Below, piece by piece: positions 1 to 8,969 of a stretch of DNA of 64,000 bases. Positions within the stretch are counted from its first letter, which is position 1; the number at the start of each line of letters is the position of its first letter. A program made the translations under genes and the position numbers. The notes below the pieces were generated by a model. That model saw only the letters and a list, made by a program, of their open reading frames with translations, had not been told where the DNA came from and did not search any database. The DNA comes from Planctomycetota bacterium (lineage in GTDB: Bacteria; Planctomycetota; MHYJ01; WSZJ01): NCBI GenBank assembly GCA_038060895.1, contig JBBTCT010000016.1, positions 47,178-111,177 of the forward strand, read 5' to 3'.

Positions 1-425
1 CGCAGGGCATCGGTCGAGGCATAGCTTGTTTCGGTCGGTGCACGGCGACTCCGAGCGGCCGGATTGTCGGTACCAACAGCGTTTTCGAATCCAGAGAAGC
101 GGCTGTACCGGCTGATTGAGACGACGCGCGGCGACGGGGCACATTCCTACTACAACTCGCTGTTGCCTCATTCGAGAAATCCCTCGAGAGAACTCTCCGT
201 GAGGCCCGGAAGAAGCCGATCTCGAGATCCTGACGCTCACCATCTCCGGCCCGGCGACAGGACCGCACACCGCATCCGCCTCGCGGCCACCCCAGGCGCC
301 TGATTTGTTCACTCAGGTCCCATCCACTGCGCCCCCGACCCCGATTCAGATGGAGTCGCGTAGGGACGCTCGAGTTCGCGCCGCGCCGCCTTGCGCTTCC
401 CGTGTTTTCGCGCCCGGCCCGAGAT

Positions 426-839
426 TCACGGACGCGCTGTTTCAGGGGAGTCGCCGGGGCCAGAGTGGGCGTTCGTGAAGAGGAACCGCCCCGTCAGTGC
501 CGCCGGCCGGCCCGTCTCGCCCTCCGGCGCAGCGCGGGTTGTTGAGCCAGGTCCTGAGGCAGGTGCGCAGCCAGGCCCGGAAGCGGCCCTTCGCGGGATC
601 CCGGCGCCGAAGACGTCGGAGCGGTTTTCCAGGAGGTGAATGAAGAATTCCTGGGTGACGACCTCCGGGTCGTAGTTGACGCGCGTCGCGGCCGAGAGGT
701 GCCAGGTCACGAGTTTCACCACGACCGGCCGGTACCAGCGGGCCAGGAGGTCCAGGGCGACCGTCGAGCCGCTTCCGGCGGCCGCGACCTTGGACCTGGG
801 AATTCGGGTGAATTCGACTCCGGAGGCCTCTTCTGCCAT
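426..839 (-). pseudogene. Frameshifted ECF-type RNA polymerase sigma factor relic
   Basis: Frame from ATG 839 gives a sigma region-2-like stretch 'ALDLLARWYRPVV...DPEVVTQEFFIHLLE'. The continuation 'DPAKGRFRAWLRTCLRTWLNN' lies in another frame (ORF 442..990), with the junction near 600-606 and about 1 nt missing. No intact region 4 is visible. Confidence 0.65.
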
Positions 840-1001
840 GGGGAAAGATGGCGGATTTGGCGTCCCGGGGGCCAGCGGGCGCGAAATTTCCGGATTCTTC
901 GTCGGATTTCCCCAGCCTTGCTTTAGAGGCTGCTGAACGAGGGAGGAAGCGAAGGCATTGGCCATCGAATCCCAGTAACCACGACTTCAAGGAGGCGACC
1001 C

Positions 1002-1898
1002 ATGAAGACGAACCTGGCCTGGAGCAAGGCGTGCACGGCGGTGCTGGTGCTGGCGCTGGCGGCGGGATGTGGACCGAAGCACAAGTCCTCGGACAGCGGC
1101 GGCGGGAGTTCGGGCTCCAGCGGCGCGGGGGCCGGCGCCGGGGCGGGCGGGGGCGGGGGCGGGGGCGGCGGCATGCCTCTTCTGCTGCCGGATCTCGTGG
1201 ACGGCGGCCTCGCGAGCCAGTACTCGGATTCGCGGGCGGTGGCCGGGGCGACCTTCCTGGCCGGCGGCGAAGTGACGAACGCGGGAACGATGAATTCGGG
1301 CCCGTTCCAGGTCGACTTCTATCTCACCCAGGGGCCGGAAGTCACGCCGCTGGACGTTTTCCTCGGCTCGGTCGCGATGCCCGACCTCATGCCGGGCGAC
1401 ATCGCAATGGCCGACCTGTCCGTCCCGATGCCCGACATTGCTCCCGGCGAGTGGCGGATCGGATGGATCATCGACGCCGCGGACGTCGTCTTCGAGCTGG
1501 ACGGGACCAACAACGTCGTCATGTACCCCATCGATGTCCTGGTCGAGGACCGCTACGAGGCCAACGACTCCTTCGCCAGCGCCTTCATTCTGGGCCCCGC
1601 CGGCGCCAGCTATGCCGCGGACGGTACGATCCACTCGGCGGCCGATGAGGACTGGTTCTCGGTCGACCAGATCGCCGGAAGCAGCCTCACCGCCACCATG
1701 ACCTGCCCCGCGGACTACGACCTCGAAATCTGGGCCTTCGACGGCACGCTCCTGGTCTCTTCGAACAACTCCGGCATCCTCGCCGAATCGGCCACCGTCG
1801 TCGCTCCCTACACCGGCTCCTACTTCATCCGCATCGTCCCGGTCTCCGGCGCCTTCGACCAGAACAACCCCTGGACCCTGACCGTCGACGTGCCCTAG
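1002..1898 (+). CDS. Lipoprotein with Gly/Ser linker, CARDB-like Ig domain and C-terminal pre-peptidase C-terminal (PPC)-like domain
   Basis: AAGGAGG RBS; lipobox LAAGC; poly-Gly linker; 'PDLV...VTNAG...VDFYL...IDAADVVFELDGTNN' (CARDB-like); 'DRYEANDSFASA...DEDWF...DYDLEIW' (PPC-like). Confidence 0.75.
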   Translation: MKTNLAWSKACTAVLVLALAAGCGPKHKSSDSGGGSSGSSGAGAGAGAGGGGGGGGGMPLLLPDLVDGGLASQYSDSRAVAGATFLAGGEVTNAGTMNSGPFQVDFYLTQGPEVTPLDVFLGSVAMPDLMPGDIAMADLSVPMPDIAPGEWRIGWIIDAADVVFELDGTNNVVMYPIDVLVEDRYEANDSFASAFILGPAGASYAADGTIHSAADEDWFSVDQIAGSSLTATMTCPADYDLEIWAFDGTLLVSSNNSGILAESATVVAPYTGSYFIRIVPVSGAFDQNNPWTLTVDVP

Positions 1899-1990
1899 CC
1901 CTCCCGCCGAAAACGTCGCCTCGCCGGCCGGCTCCGCACCCGTAATCGCGGACCGGCCGGCGATCTCATTTCTCCGCGTAAGATCCACTC

Positions 1991-2941
1991 GTGCCCGCCC
2001 CCGTGCCTGACACCGCCGAATCGACCTCCACCGCTTCCGACCTCCGCCGCGCCCGTGGCGGGGTCCTCTGGGCCGTCCTCGCCTACGGGTCGTGGGGAGT
2101 CTTCCCGATCTACTGGAAGCAACTCCGGCACATCCCGGCGTTCGAAGTGCTGTGCCATCGCGTGCTGTGGAGCTGCGCGCTCGTCGGGATCGCGATGGCG
2201 ATTCAGGGACAGCTCGGCGCCATCCGAAGCGCGCTCGCCGACTCGAAAACGCGCCGCGTGCTCCTCGCCAGCACCGCGCTCATCGGCGTGAACTGGTTTC
2301 TCTTCATCTGGGCCGTCACCAGCGGCCGGATTCTGCAGGCGAGCCTCGGCTACTACATGAACCCGCTCGTGAACGTGGCCCTCGGCCGCCTGGTCCTCGG
2401 CGAGCGCATCAGCCCCGCCGCCGCCGTAGCCGTCGCGCTGGCCGCCGCGGGCGTCGCGATCATGGCCGCTGGCACCGGTGCCGTCCCATGGGTCGCCGTC
2501 TCCCTCGCCGTCACCTTCGCGCTCTATGGACTGTGCCGCAAGACCGTCGCGGTCGGCCCCCTCGTCGGCCTCTCCGTCGAAACCATCCTCATCGCCCCCG
2601 TCGCCGCCATCGCCCTCGCCGTCCTCTTCGCCCGCGGCCAGGCCGCCACGCAGCACGCCACGCGCATCGAGTGGATCTTCCTCGCGGGAAGCGGCTTCCC
2701 CACCGCGATCCCTCTCCTCGCCTTCGCTGAGGCCGCGCGCAGACTGCGCTTCATCACGGTCGGCATCCTCCAGTACATCGCGCCGACGCTACAGTTCCTC
2801 TGCGCGGTCGCGATCTACCACGAAGCGTTCACCCGGAACCACGCCGTGGCCTTCGGCTGCATCTGGGGAGCGGTGGCGATCTACGCCGTGGATTCCATCG
2901 TCCGGGCGAAGGCGCCAGGCAAGTTACTGCCGAGGGCATGA
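1991..2941 (+). CDS. rarD: EamA/DMT family transporter RarD
   Basis: Motifs 'WGVFPIYWK', 'NWFLFIWAV', 'SLGYYMNPLVNV', 'LQYIAPTLQF'; about 10 TM segments. Confidence 0.9.
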   Translation: MPAPVPDTAESTSTASDLRRARGGVLWAVLAYGSWGVFPIYWKQLRHIPAFEVLCHRVLWSCALVGIAMAIQGQLGAIRSALADSKTRRVLLASTALIGVNWFLFIWAVTSGRILQASLGYYMNPLVNVALGRLVLGERISPAAAVAVALAAAGVAIMAAGTGAVPWVAVSLAVTFALYGLCRKTVAVGPLVGLSVETILIAPVAAIALAVLFARGQAATQHATRIEWIFLAGSGFPTAIPLLAFAEAARRLRFITVGILQYIAPTLQFLCAVAIYHEAFTRNHAVAFGCIWGAVAIYAVDSIVRAKAPGKLLPRA

Positions 2942-2945
2942 CGGC

Positions 2946-4019
2946 TCAGGTCGTCCTTGCGACGGCGGTCCAATTCCCGACCTGCCCGCCCATTCCCGGC
3001 ATTCCCGTGGCCAGCCCTCGCGTCAGCGCGTACCAGCAGAAATAGCAGTGGTTCGTCGTTTTCCCGGGAAGCGCATCGGGGTCCTTCGCGAGGATCTCTT
3101 CCTTGATGGCGCTCAGCCCTTTCGAAAACACCTTCCCGACGTAGGGATGCGCCCGGCCGCGCTGGAGGATCTCCTTCGCCGAGTGCTCGTGGATGTTGCC
3201 GATTGTGAGCTGGTCGAGGTCGCTTGCGAAGCCGCAGCACGGCTTGACTTCGCCGCGCGGCGTGACGACGAACGCCTGCCCGGGACCTTCACAATAGTCT
3301 TCCTTGAACCACGAGCCGTCCCAGTTGTCTGTCAAGCCCTCGGCGCGTTCGACGGCGGCCAGGTGATTGAAGTTGAGCGTCGCGCTGACGTCGGGGGCGA
3401 TGAGCATCCATGCACCGAGGGCGGGGGAGAACTCGACGAATCCGCCCAGCGCCTTCGCGACCGCCTGCACCTTCTCGAGCCCGGCGTCCGGCGCGCCCGC
3501 CGCGTAGCTGATCGTCAGGATGTCGTCGCGCTTTGAGACCTTCGCCGCGCTCCGCGCGAACTGGGCGAGCACTTCGATTTTCACCGGGTGAAACCGGTCG
3601 ACGCTGAGCCCCAGGCGGCCCGAGTAGCCGGCACGCAGCAGCCGCTTCAGGGTCGTCTCCAGCTCGTTCACCGTTTTCCACCACGCGCCGTTGGTGGAGA
3701 TCTTGTCGAAGCGAAATCCGAGCCTGGCGGCATGGCGCGAGACTTTTTCGAGGAACTCGGGGTAAATGAACGGCTCGCCGCCCGTGAAGCCCATCGTCTT
3801 GATGCCAAGCTCGGCACACTCGGTCGTGAAGCGCTTCGCCACGTCGATGTCGAGGTAGTCCTTCCACTCGATCGGAACGCAGCAGTGCGCGCATGTCAGG
3901 TTGCACTGGTAGGTTCCGCTGAACGAAACGTAGTTCGGGCGGAAGGTGTGCGACTTCGAACGCGTGCGCGCTTCGCCGCGGGAGAGGATCGGGTTCGGGG
4001 CGTCTTCCTTACAGCTCAC
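2946..4019 (-). CDS. Radical SAM protein with C-terminal SPASM/twitch-like Cys cluster
   Basis: CxxxCxxC (CNLTCAHC), FTGGEP, STNG; C-terminal 'YCEG...VKPCCG...GNI...HCYFC'. GTG start overlaps the upstream stop codon. Confidence 0.88.
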   Translation of the reverse strand: MSCKEDAPNPILSRGEARTRSKSHTFRPNYVSFSGTYQCNLTCAHCCVPIEWKDYLDIDVAKRFTTECAELGIKTMGFTGGEPFIYPEFLEKVSRHAARLGFRFDKISTNGAWWKTVNELETTLKRLLRAGYSGRLGLSVDRFHPVKIEVLAQFARSAAKVSKRDDILTISYAAGAPDAGLEKVQAVAKALGGFVEFSPALGAWMLIAPDVSATLNFNHLAAVERAEGLTDNWDGSWFKEDYCEGPGQAFVVTPRGEVKPCCGFASDLDQLTIGNIHEHSAKEILQRGRAHPYVGKVFSKGLSAIKEEILAKDPDALPGKTTNHCYFCWYALTRGLATGMPGMGGQVGNWTAVARTT

Positions 4020-4354
4020 GGCGACCGTCTGATGTTTCGCGCGGCGGGCGGCGGAGCCTTCAGACCCAGCGCGTTTCGGACATCCTCGAGCGTGATCTTG
4101 CCGTCCGCCTTGCCGTCGAGGGAGTCGAGCTGGGCGAAGTAGCGACCGAGGTCTTCGTAGGTGAGGATGCCCTTGTCCAGAAGCGCCCGCATCGTCACGA
4201 GCATGAGGAGGTTCAGCTCGCCGACGTTTTCCGCGACCCGCTGGGCGCGCGCGGCGGCCTTCACGTCGTGGCCGCCGGCGTGCTCGAGCTGCGTGGAAAG
4301 CTGCCGAAGCTGCGAATCCTGGCGCGCGTTCACGAACATGCCGATGAGACTCAT
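4016..4354 (-). CDS. Small hypothetical protein (112 aa), translationally coupled to the radical SAM gene
   Basis: ATG 4354 (MSLIGMFVN...); helical protein with 'LDSLDGKADGK'; GTGA overlap with the downstream gene. Confidence 0.7.
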   Translation of the reverse strand: MSLIGMFVNARQDSQLRQLSTQLEHAGGHDVKAAARAQRVAENVGELNLLMLVTMRALLDKGILTYEDLGRYFAQLDSLDGKADGKITLEDVRNALGLKAPPPAARNIRRSP

Positions 4355-4479
4355 GGGTAGGCCCTTCTTCGGGGGAGGTCGAAGTCTACGCGGCCTTCCG
4401 GGAACGCCCAATCCCAACATTTTTGTACGATCTTTCGTGCGGCGGCGTCGTATTACCTGAGGCACTCTCGAGACCCCCG

Positions 4480-6315
4480 ATGAACCCCTGGGAATCACTC
4501 GTCCGCGAACACCTGCCGGTCGTCACCGGCGTAGCGCTTCGCGTCCTTGGCGACCGCGCCGCAGCCGAGGACGTCGCGCAGGATGTGTTCCTGCACCTCC
4601 TGCAGAACCCGCACGCACTCGATCACGCGGAAAACGTGCGTTCTTTCCTGTGCCGGTCCGCGATCAACCGTTCCCTGGACCGCATCCGGGAAAAGGACCG
4701 CCGCGAGCGGCGCGAAGCAGCGGTCGAGCACTCCCCGCGCGACCTCAACCCGCTTGACGCTGCCTGGCACGAGGAAGTCCGCCGCAGCGTCCAAGCGCTT
4801 CCCGAGCCCGAACGCGACGCCGTCGCCGCGCGGTATTTCCGCGGGTTGACCGTGCGCGAAGCCGCAAAGGAGATGCGGGTCTCCGTTGGCACGGTCTGCA
4901 ACCGGCTTGAAGCGGGCGTGAAACGGCTTCGGAAGTGGCTCGGCGCCGCCGCATTCGGGTTGATCTTCGCAGTTCTGGACGACGACGCTTTCGCCGTCGA
5001 AGCGGTCGCTGAGGCCTCGCGGCTGGTGCGCCGGGGCACGCAGCCGGGAGTCGGGAGTCCGGATACGGGAGTAAAGGCACGGAAGCGAAAGGTCGCAAGG
5101 ACGGCGACCGGGCTCGCAGGTGTCGCCGCCTTGCTGCTGATTTCGATCTGGATAGGCCAGCCGGGTCAGATCGCAGGAGAGAAGCGACGCCCGCCCGAGA
5201 TCGCCGTTACGCATCTCGATGGACGCGATCGTTCTGCGTCACCCGAGGCTCCATCCGTTGTTTCTCCGGGCGGCGCTGCGGCCAGGTCCGTCCGCGAGTC
5301 CGCGCGTCCCCGCGGCGAACTCTTCCGCGCCGAAGGTTTCCTCGTCCGAGACGGCGACGGCTTCGCCTTGATCGAGCCCGCCGTCCGCGAGCCGCGCCGC
5401 GTGGCCGGCGGCACAAATTGCTTCGATTCGTACTGTTCTCCTATCGTCCATCACGGCGCGCGCGGCAACCTCAGCGACTCGTTCATCTCGGACAGCGTGG
5501 CAGCGGTCCGGGCCCCCTTCCTCCTCGAGCGCGGGCCGCTTCTCGACACGATTCCGGCCGGGACCCTCGCGTCCTTCGCGTCCTGGCTTGAAGGGGTTTC
5601 CGACCTCTCCGGCCTCCCGCGCGCCCGGCTCGTCCTGCGCGCCGCCTGGGTCGACAAGGCCGCCGGGCTGGCCGAGGCCGTCGAGATCGAGGAGGCGGAA
5701 CTGCTGACGGATGACTGGCTCACGGTCTGGCGCGAAGCCCTGCAGGCCAACGCATCCCTGGCTCGCGCGTTCGAAAAGCCGCCGGGCGCGCTTCGGCGCG
5801 CGGAGGCACTTTTCGCGGCCGATCAGCTCGAAACGGCGCTGGAGAAGGCCCGGGACGCGCGCCGCCACGAGTCGGCCGTCGCCTGGCGCATGCGCCGTGA
5901 AAGCGAAATCGAGATCGCGTCCGCCGCGGCGGTGGCGTGTCTTGGCCGCAACGAGGAACTCCCCGAAGGTCCGGCCGAGCCGCCCGATCCGGAATCCTTT
6001 GCCGCCTCGCGCGCCGTCGGGCTCGAGCTGGAACCGGTTCCCGCGATTCAGCAGGGAGCACTGGCGCTTCGCGGCGGCTCCCGTGTCCTTTCCGTCGCCC
6101 CCGGCTCCGCCGCGGACCGGGCCGGGTTGCGGGCCGGAGACGTGATCTGGCGCATGACGCCCCTTGCCGGGGAGGGACGCTCGGCGCCGCGCATGGTCCT
6201 GCGGTCCGAAGACGTGTCCGCATTCGTTGCGGATGTCGCTGAATCTGGCGGAAGCGGGCTCGAATTCGAGGTTGTGCGGGGGATGGATGTGATGGCGTTC
6301 GCGCTTTCGCTGTAA
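4480..6315 (+). CDS. ECF sigma factor fused to a TM helix, an unknown extracytoplasmic domain and a C-terminal PDZ domain (copy 1)
   Basis: Region 2 'AEDVAQDVFLHL', region 4 'LPEPERDAVAARYFRGLTVREAAKEM', TM 'GLAGVAALLLISIWIG', PDZ 'RVLSVAPGSAADRAGLRAGDVIW'. Start taken at ATG 4480 by alignment with the paralogues. Confidence 0.85.
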   Translation: MNPWESLVREHLPVVTGVALRVLGDRAAAEDVAQDVFLHLLQNPHALDHAENVRSFLCRSAINRSLDRIREKDRRERREAAVEHSPRDLNPLDAAWHEEVRRSVQALPEPERDAVAARYFRGLTVREAAKEMRVSVGTVCNRLEAGVKRLRKWLGAAAFGLIFAVLDDDAFAVEAVAEASRLVRRGTQPGVGSPDTGVKARKRKVARTATGLAGVAALLLISIWIGQPGQIAGEKRRPPEIAVTHLDGRDRSASPEAPSVVSPGGAAARSVRESARPRGELFRAEGFLVRDGDGFALIEPAVREPRRVAGGTNCFDSYCSPIVHHGARGNLSDSFISDSVAAVRAPFLLERGPLLDTIPAGTLASFASWLEGVSDLSGLPRARLVLRAAWVDKAAGLAEAVEIEEAELLTDDWLTVWREALQANASLARAFEKPPGALRRAEALFAADQLETALEKARDARRHESAVAWRMRRESEIEIASAAAVACLGRNEELPEGPAEPPDPESFAASRAVGLELEPVPAIQQGALALRGGSRVLSVAPGSAADRAGLRAGDVIWRMTPLAGEGRSAPRMVLRSEDVSAFVADVAESGGSGLEFEVVRGMDVMAFALSL

Positions 6316-6387
6316 CCGGAGGATTTCGCCGAGTAATCCCGCTTCCGGCGTCGTCTCCATAGGCAGTAGCATCCCGGAGACACCTCC

Positions 6388-8490
6388 ATGCCCGCCTACA
6401 CCGACCTTGTCCGCGACCACCACGCGCTCGTCTACCGCGTGGCGCTCGGCGTGCTGCGCGACAGCGCCGCCGCCGAGGACGTCGCGCAGGACGTCTTCCT
6501 CTCGTTTTTCGTCGACCCGGGAGCTCTCGACCGCGCGCAGAACGTCCGCGCCTTCGTGTGCCGGGCCGCGCTGAACCGCGCGCTGGACGTGCGGAAGGCG
6601 GGGCTGCGGCGGGCCGTGCGAGAGTCGGCGGTCAGCGGGAGGAAAGAACCCATGAGTGCGATCGATGTCATTTTCCGTCGCGAGCTGCGTGACAAGGTGT
6701 CGGAGTTGCCCGAAATCCAGCGGCAGGCCGTCGATCTGCACTACTTCCAGGGCCTGACGCTCGCCGAGACGGCCGAAGTCCTGGACATCCCCAGCGGCAC
6801 CGCGTCCCGCCGGATCAGCGACGCGGTCGCGACGTTGCGGAAGTGGCTCTCAGCTGCCGCCTTCGTCGGGCTGGTCGCCGTCCTCGAGGGCGAGCTCAGC
6901 GCTCTCGAAGCGGCGCCGGTGCCGCACGGGCTGGCCGCGAGGCTGATCCGGTTGCCCAGGGTGCGCCCCGCCCCGCCGCGGTCGCTCGGCAGCAAGATGC
7001 TCCGGGGCGCGGGGGCCCTTTGCGTCGCGGTGTTCCTGGCGTTCCTGGCCGGGATCACGATGGAAGCGCGCGAGTCGCAGGACCGGCTCCATTGCGTGAC
7101 AGCGGAGTTCCGGATCGAACCTCCGGCCGATCCGACTTCCGGCAGCGAGACCGGGCCTGATCATGGCGTCGGCGCGATCGAAATCGCCGCTTCGCCTGTG
7201 GCCTGCCCCGCCGAGACCGTCGAAGCGCTGGCAGAATTCGAGCAGACGATCGAGGGGTTCCTCTTCCGCACGTCTGACGGACTCTTCCTTGCAGGCGAGA
7301 TCGTTCCTGATGCCGGGGAGCAGATCGTGCTCCGGACCGGGCTTCACCGGCCCTTCGACGGCCGGATCTGGAAACTCGCCGGCGGTGGCCTCGAGTCCTG
7401 GCCCGCTTCCGACACGACAAATTTCACGCCCTTTCTCCAGGACGCCGGCGCCGCGGCTTCCGCCCCGCACGCCCGGGTGAGGCTCCGCGCGAGAGTGCCG
7501 GCGGCGCCGCAGAGGTGGCAGGTGGCGCTTCAGAAGCAGGTCCAACCGCAATTCGGTTACCTGGACATCATGGATAACTCTCTTTCTACCGGACCTGACG
7601 GAGCGGTCCGGATTGTGCGATTCGAACGCGATTCGGTGGAAGTGCAGCAGCCGGATCCGAGGGAATCGACGCTGATGTACCGCCTTTCCGATCCCGCGTC
7701 CGACTCCGGGAGCGGAGACGTGGCCGAAGCGATCTGGTTGATGAACGAAGCGCAGGAACTGTCTGAGCGGTCGGTCGAGCTCGCGACGGTGTCGCGCGTG
7801 CTGCTCGAGGAAGTTGTGCAGCGCCGGCGCGAGGAAATGCCCGCTCCGGAGATCGCGACCGTGCTCGAGGTGCTCGAAGTCGAGCTGCTGTCCGACGCGT
7901 GGCTCGAGGCGTGGAGGGACCTGTACGCGACTGCGTCGAGGATCCACGCAGGCGCGGAGTCCGTTCCTGACGATTCTGCCAGCGCCGTTCAACTTGGCGA
8001 AGCGATCCGCCGCGTCCGGCTCGCCCGCGCCGGCCAGACGCCGGCGGCGTGGCGCATCCGCATGGAGCACAAGTTCGCCGCCGCGGCCGTGGCGACGCTC
8101 GCCGCCCGGGGTTACTCAAACCTGATGCCGGGAATGCCCACGGTGGCGGAACTTCGTGAAGCCTTCCTTGCGGCCAGCTCACCCGAAGCGCTCAAGGCGA
8201 TCCTGGAATCCCGCTGGGGGATCGAAAGCCTGTCGCTGACAATGAACGTCCTGGCGAGCGGCGCTTCCGGGTGCAAAGGCCTGGAGTTGAAGCTGGGGTC
8301 CGGGAGCGATCCGAACGTGCTTGACTACGACATCGAGGTCGCGCAGGACGGCGGAGCCCTGGCGGACCCGGTCCTGCCCGCAGTGGTATCGATGGCTGAC
8401 ATCGTCGCGCTTCCACGGGACGACTTTCTCGCCCAGCAGGCGGCGACTCGCAATCTCCGCCTGGGGCAAGCGAACACACCGAACTGGTAA
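6388..8490 (+). CDS. ECF sigma factor fused to a TM helix and an unknown extracytoplasmic domain, no PDZ (copy 2)
   Basis: 'AEDVAQDVFLSF', 'LPEIQRQAVDLHYFQGLTLAETAEVLDIPSGT', TM 'ALCVAVFLAFLAGIT'; shares EGFLxRxxDG and ELLSxAWLxxWR motifs with its neighbours. Confidence 0.85.
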   Translation: MPAYTDLVRDHHALVYRVALGVLRDSAAAEDVAQDVFLSFFVDPGALDRAQNVRAFVCRAALNRALDVRKAGLRRAVRESAVSGRKEPMSAIDVIFRRELRDKVSELPEIQRQAVDLHYFQGLTLAETAEVLDIPSGTASRRISDAVATLRKWLSAAAFVGLVAVLEGELSALEAAPVPHGLAARLIRLPRVRPAPPRSLGSKMLRGAGALCVAVFLAFLAGITMEARESQDRLHCVTAEFRIEPPADPTSGSETGPDHGVGAIEIAASPVACPAETVEALAEFEQTIEGFLFRTSDGLFLAGEIVPDAGEQIVLRTGLHRPFDGRIWKLAGGGLESWPASDTTNFTPFLQDAGAAASAPHARVRLRARVPAAPQRWQVALQKQVQPQFGYLDIMDNSLSTGPDGAVRIVRFERDSVEVQQPDPRESTLMYRLSDPASDSGSGDVAEAIWLMNEAQELSERSVELATVSRVLLEEVVQRRREEMPAPEIATVLEVLEVELLSDAWLEAWRDLYATASRIHAGAESVPDDSASAVQLGEAIRRVRLARAGQTPAAWRIRMEHKFAAAAVATLAARGYSNLMPGMPTVAELREAFLAASSPEALKAILESRWGIESLSLTMNVLASGASGCKGLELKLGSGSDPNVLDYDIEVAQDGGALADPVLPAVVSMADIVALPRDDFLAQQAATRNLRLGQANTPNW

Positions 8491-8609
8491 GCAAGTCCGT
8501 GTCGCGAATGGGGTTGGAGTTGGCGTTTTCCTCGGCATTTTTGATTCCTCCCGACCAGCCTGCACTCCCACCGGCGTCGTATGATCGGACCCTGAACAAG
8601 GAACCGATC

Positions 8610-8969
8610 ATGCCTACCTACGAATCCCTCGTCCGCGACTACCACTCCCTCGCGTTCCGCGTTGCGCGCTCCATCGTGCGCGACGACTCTTCAGCCGAGG
8701 ACGCCGTGCAGGACGTGTACCTCCGGTTTCTCCGTGACCCCTCCGCCCTGGATCGCGTTTCGAACCTGAAAGCGTTCGTTGCGCGGGCGGCTGTGAATGC
8801 GGCGCTGGACCAGAAGCGCAGCGCGGGGCGGCGGGAGAAACACGAAAACGAGGCGATGAGGAGGGAGTCTGCGATGAGCGACAGAGCGAACCGGTCGAAT
8901 CCTGTGGCGCCAACGCATCGAATGTGTCGAAGAAGGCTCCCGCGACCGAGGCCGCAGCACTGGACCTGA
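8610..8969 (+). pseudogene. N-terminal fragment (region 2 only) of the third ECF sigma fusion gene
   Basis: MPTYESLVRDYH...AEDAVQDVYLRF aligns with copies 1 and 2. Homology stops at 'RRESAMS' (~8880); region 4 and the TM helix are absent. Confidence 0.75.

Noticed and set aside
64-303. 79-aa ORF with 'YYNSLLPHS', reminiscent of an IS integrase-core end
   Set aside because: Only a few residues match; there is no DDE context, terminal repeat or RBS; the region looks like decayed sequence
1096-1172. G-rich run as a DNA repeat or G-quadruplex element
   Set aside because: Explained by the Gly/Ser/Ala linker codons of the lipoprotein
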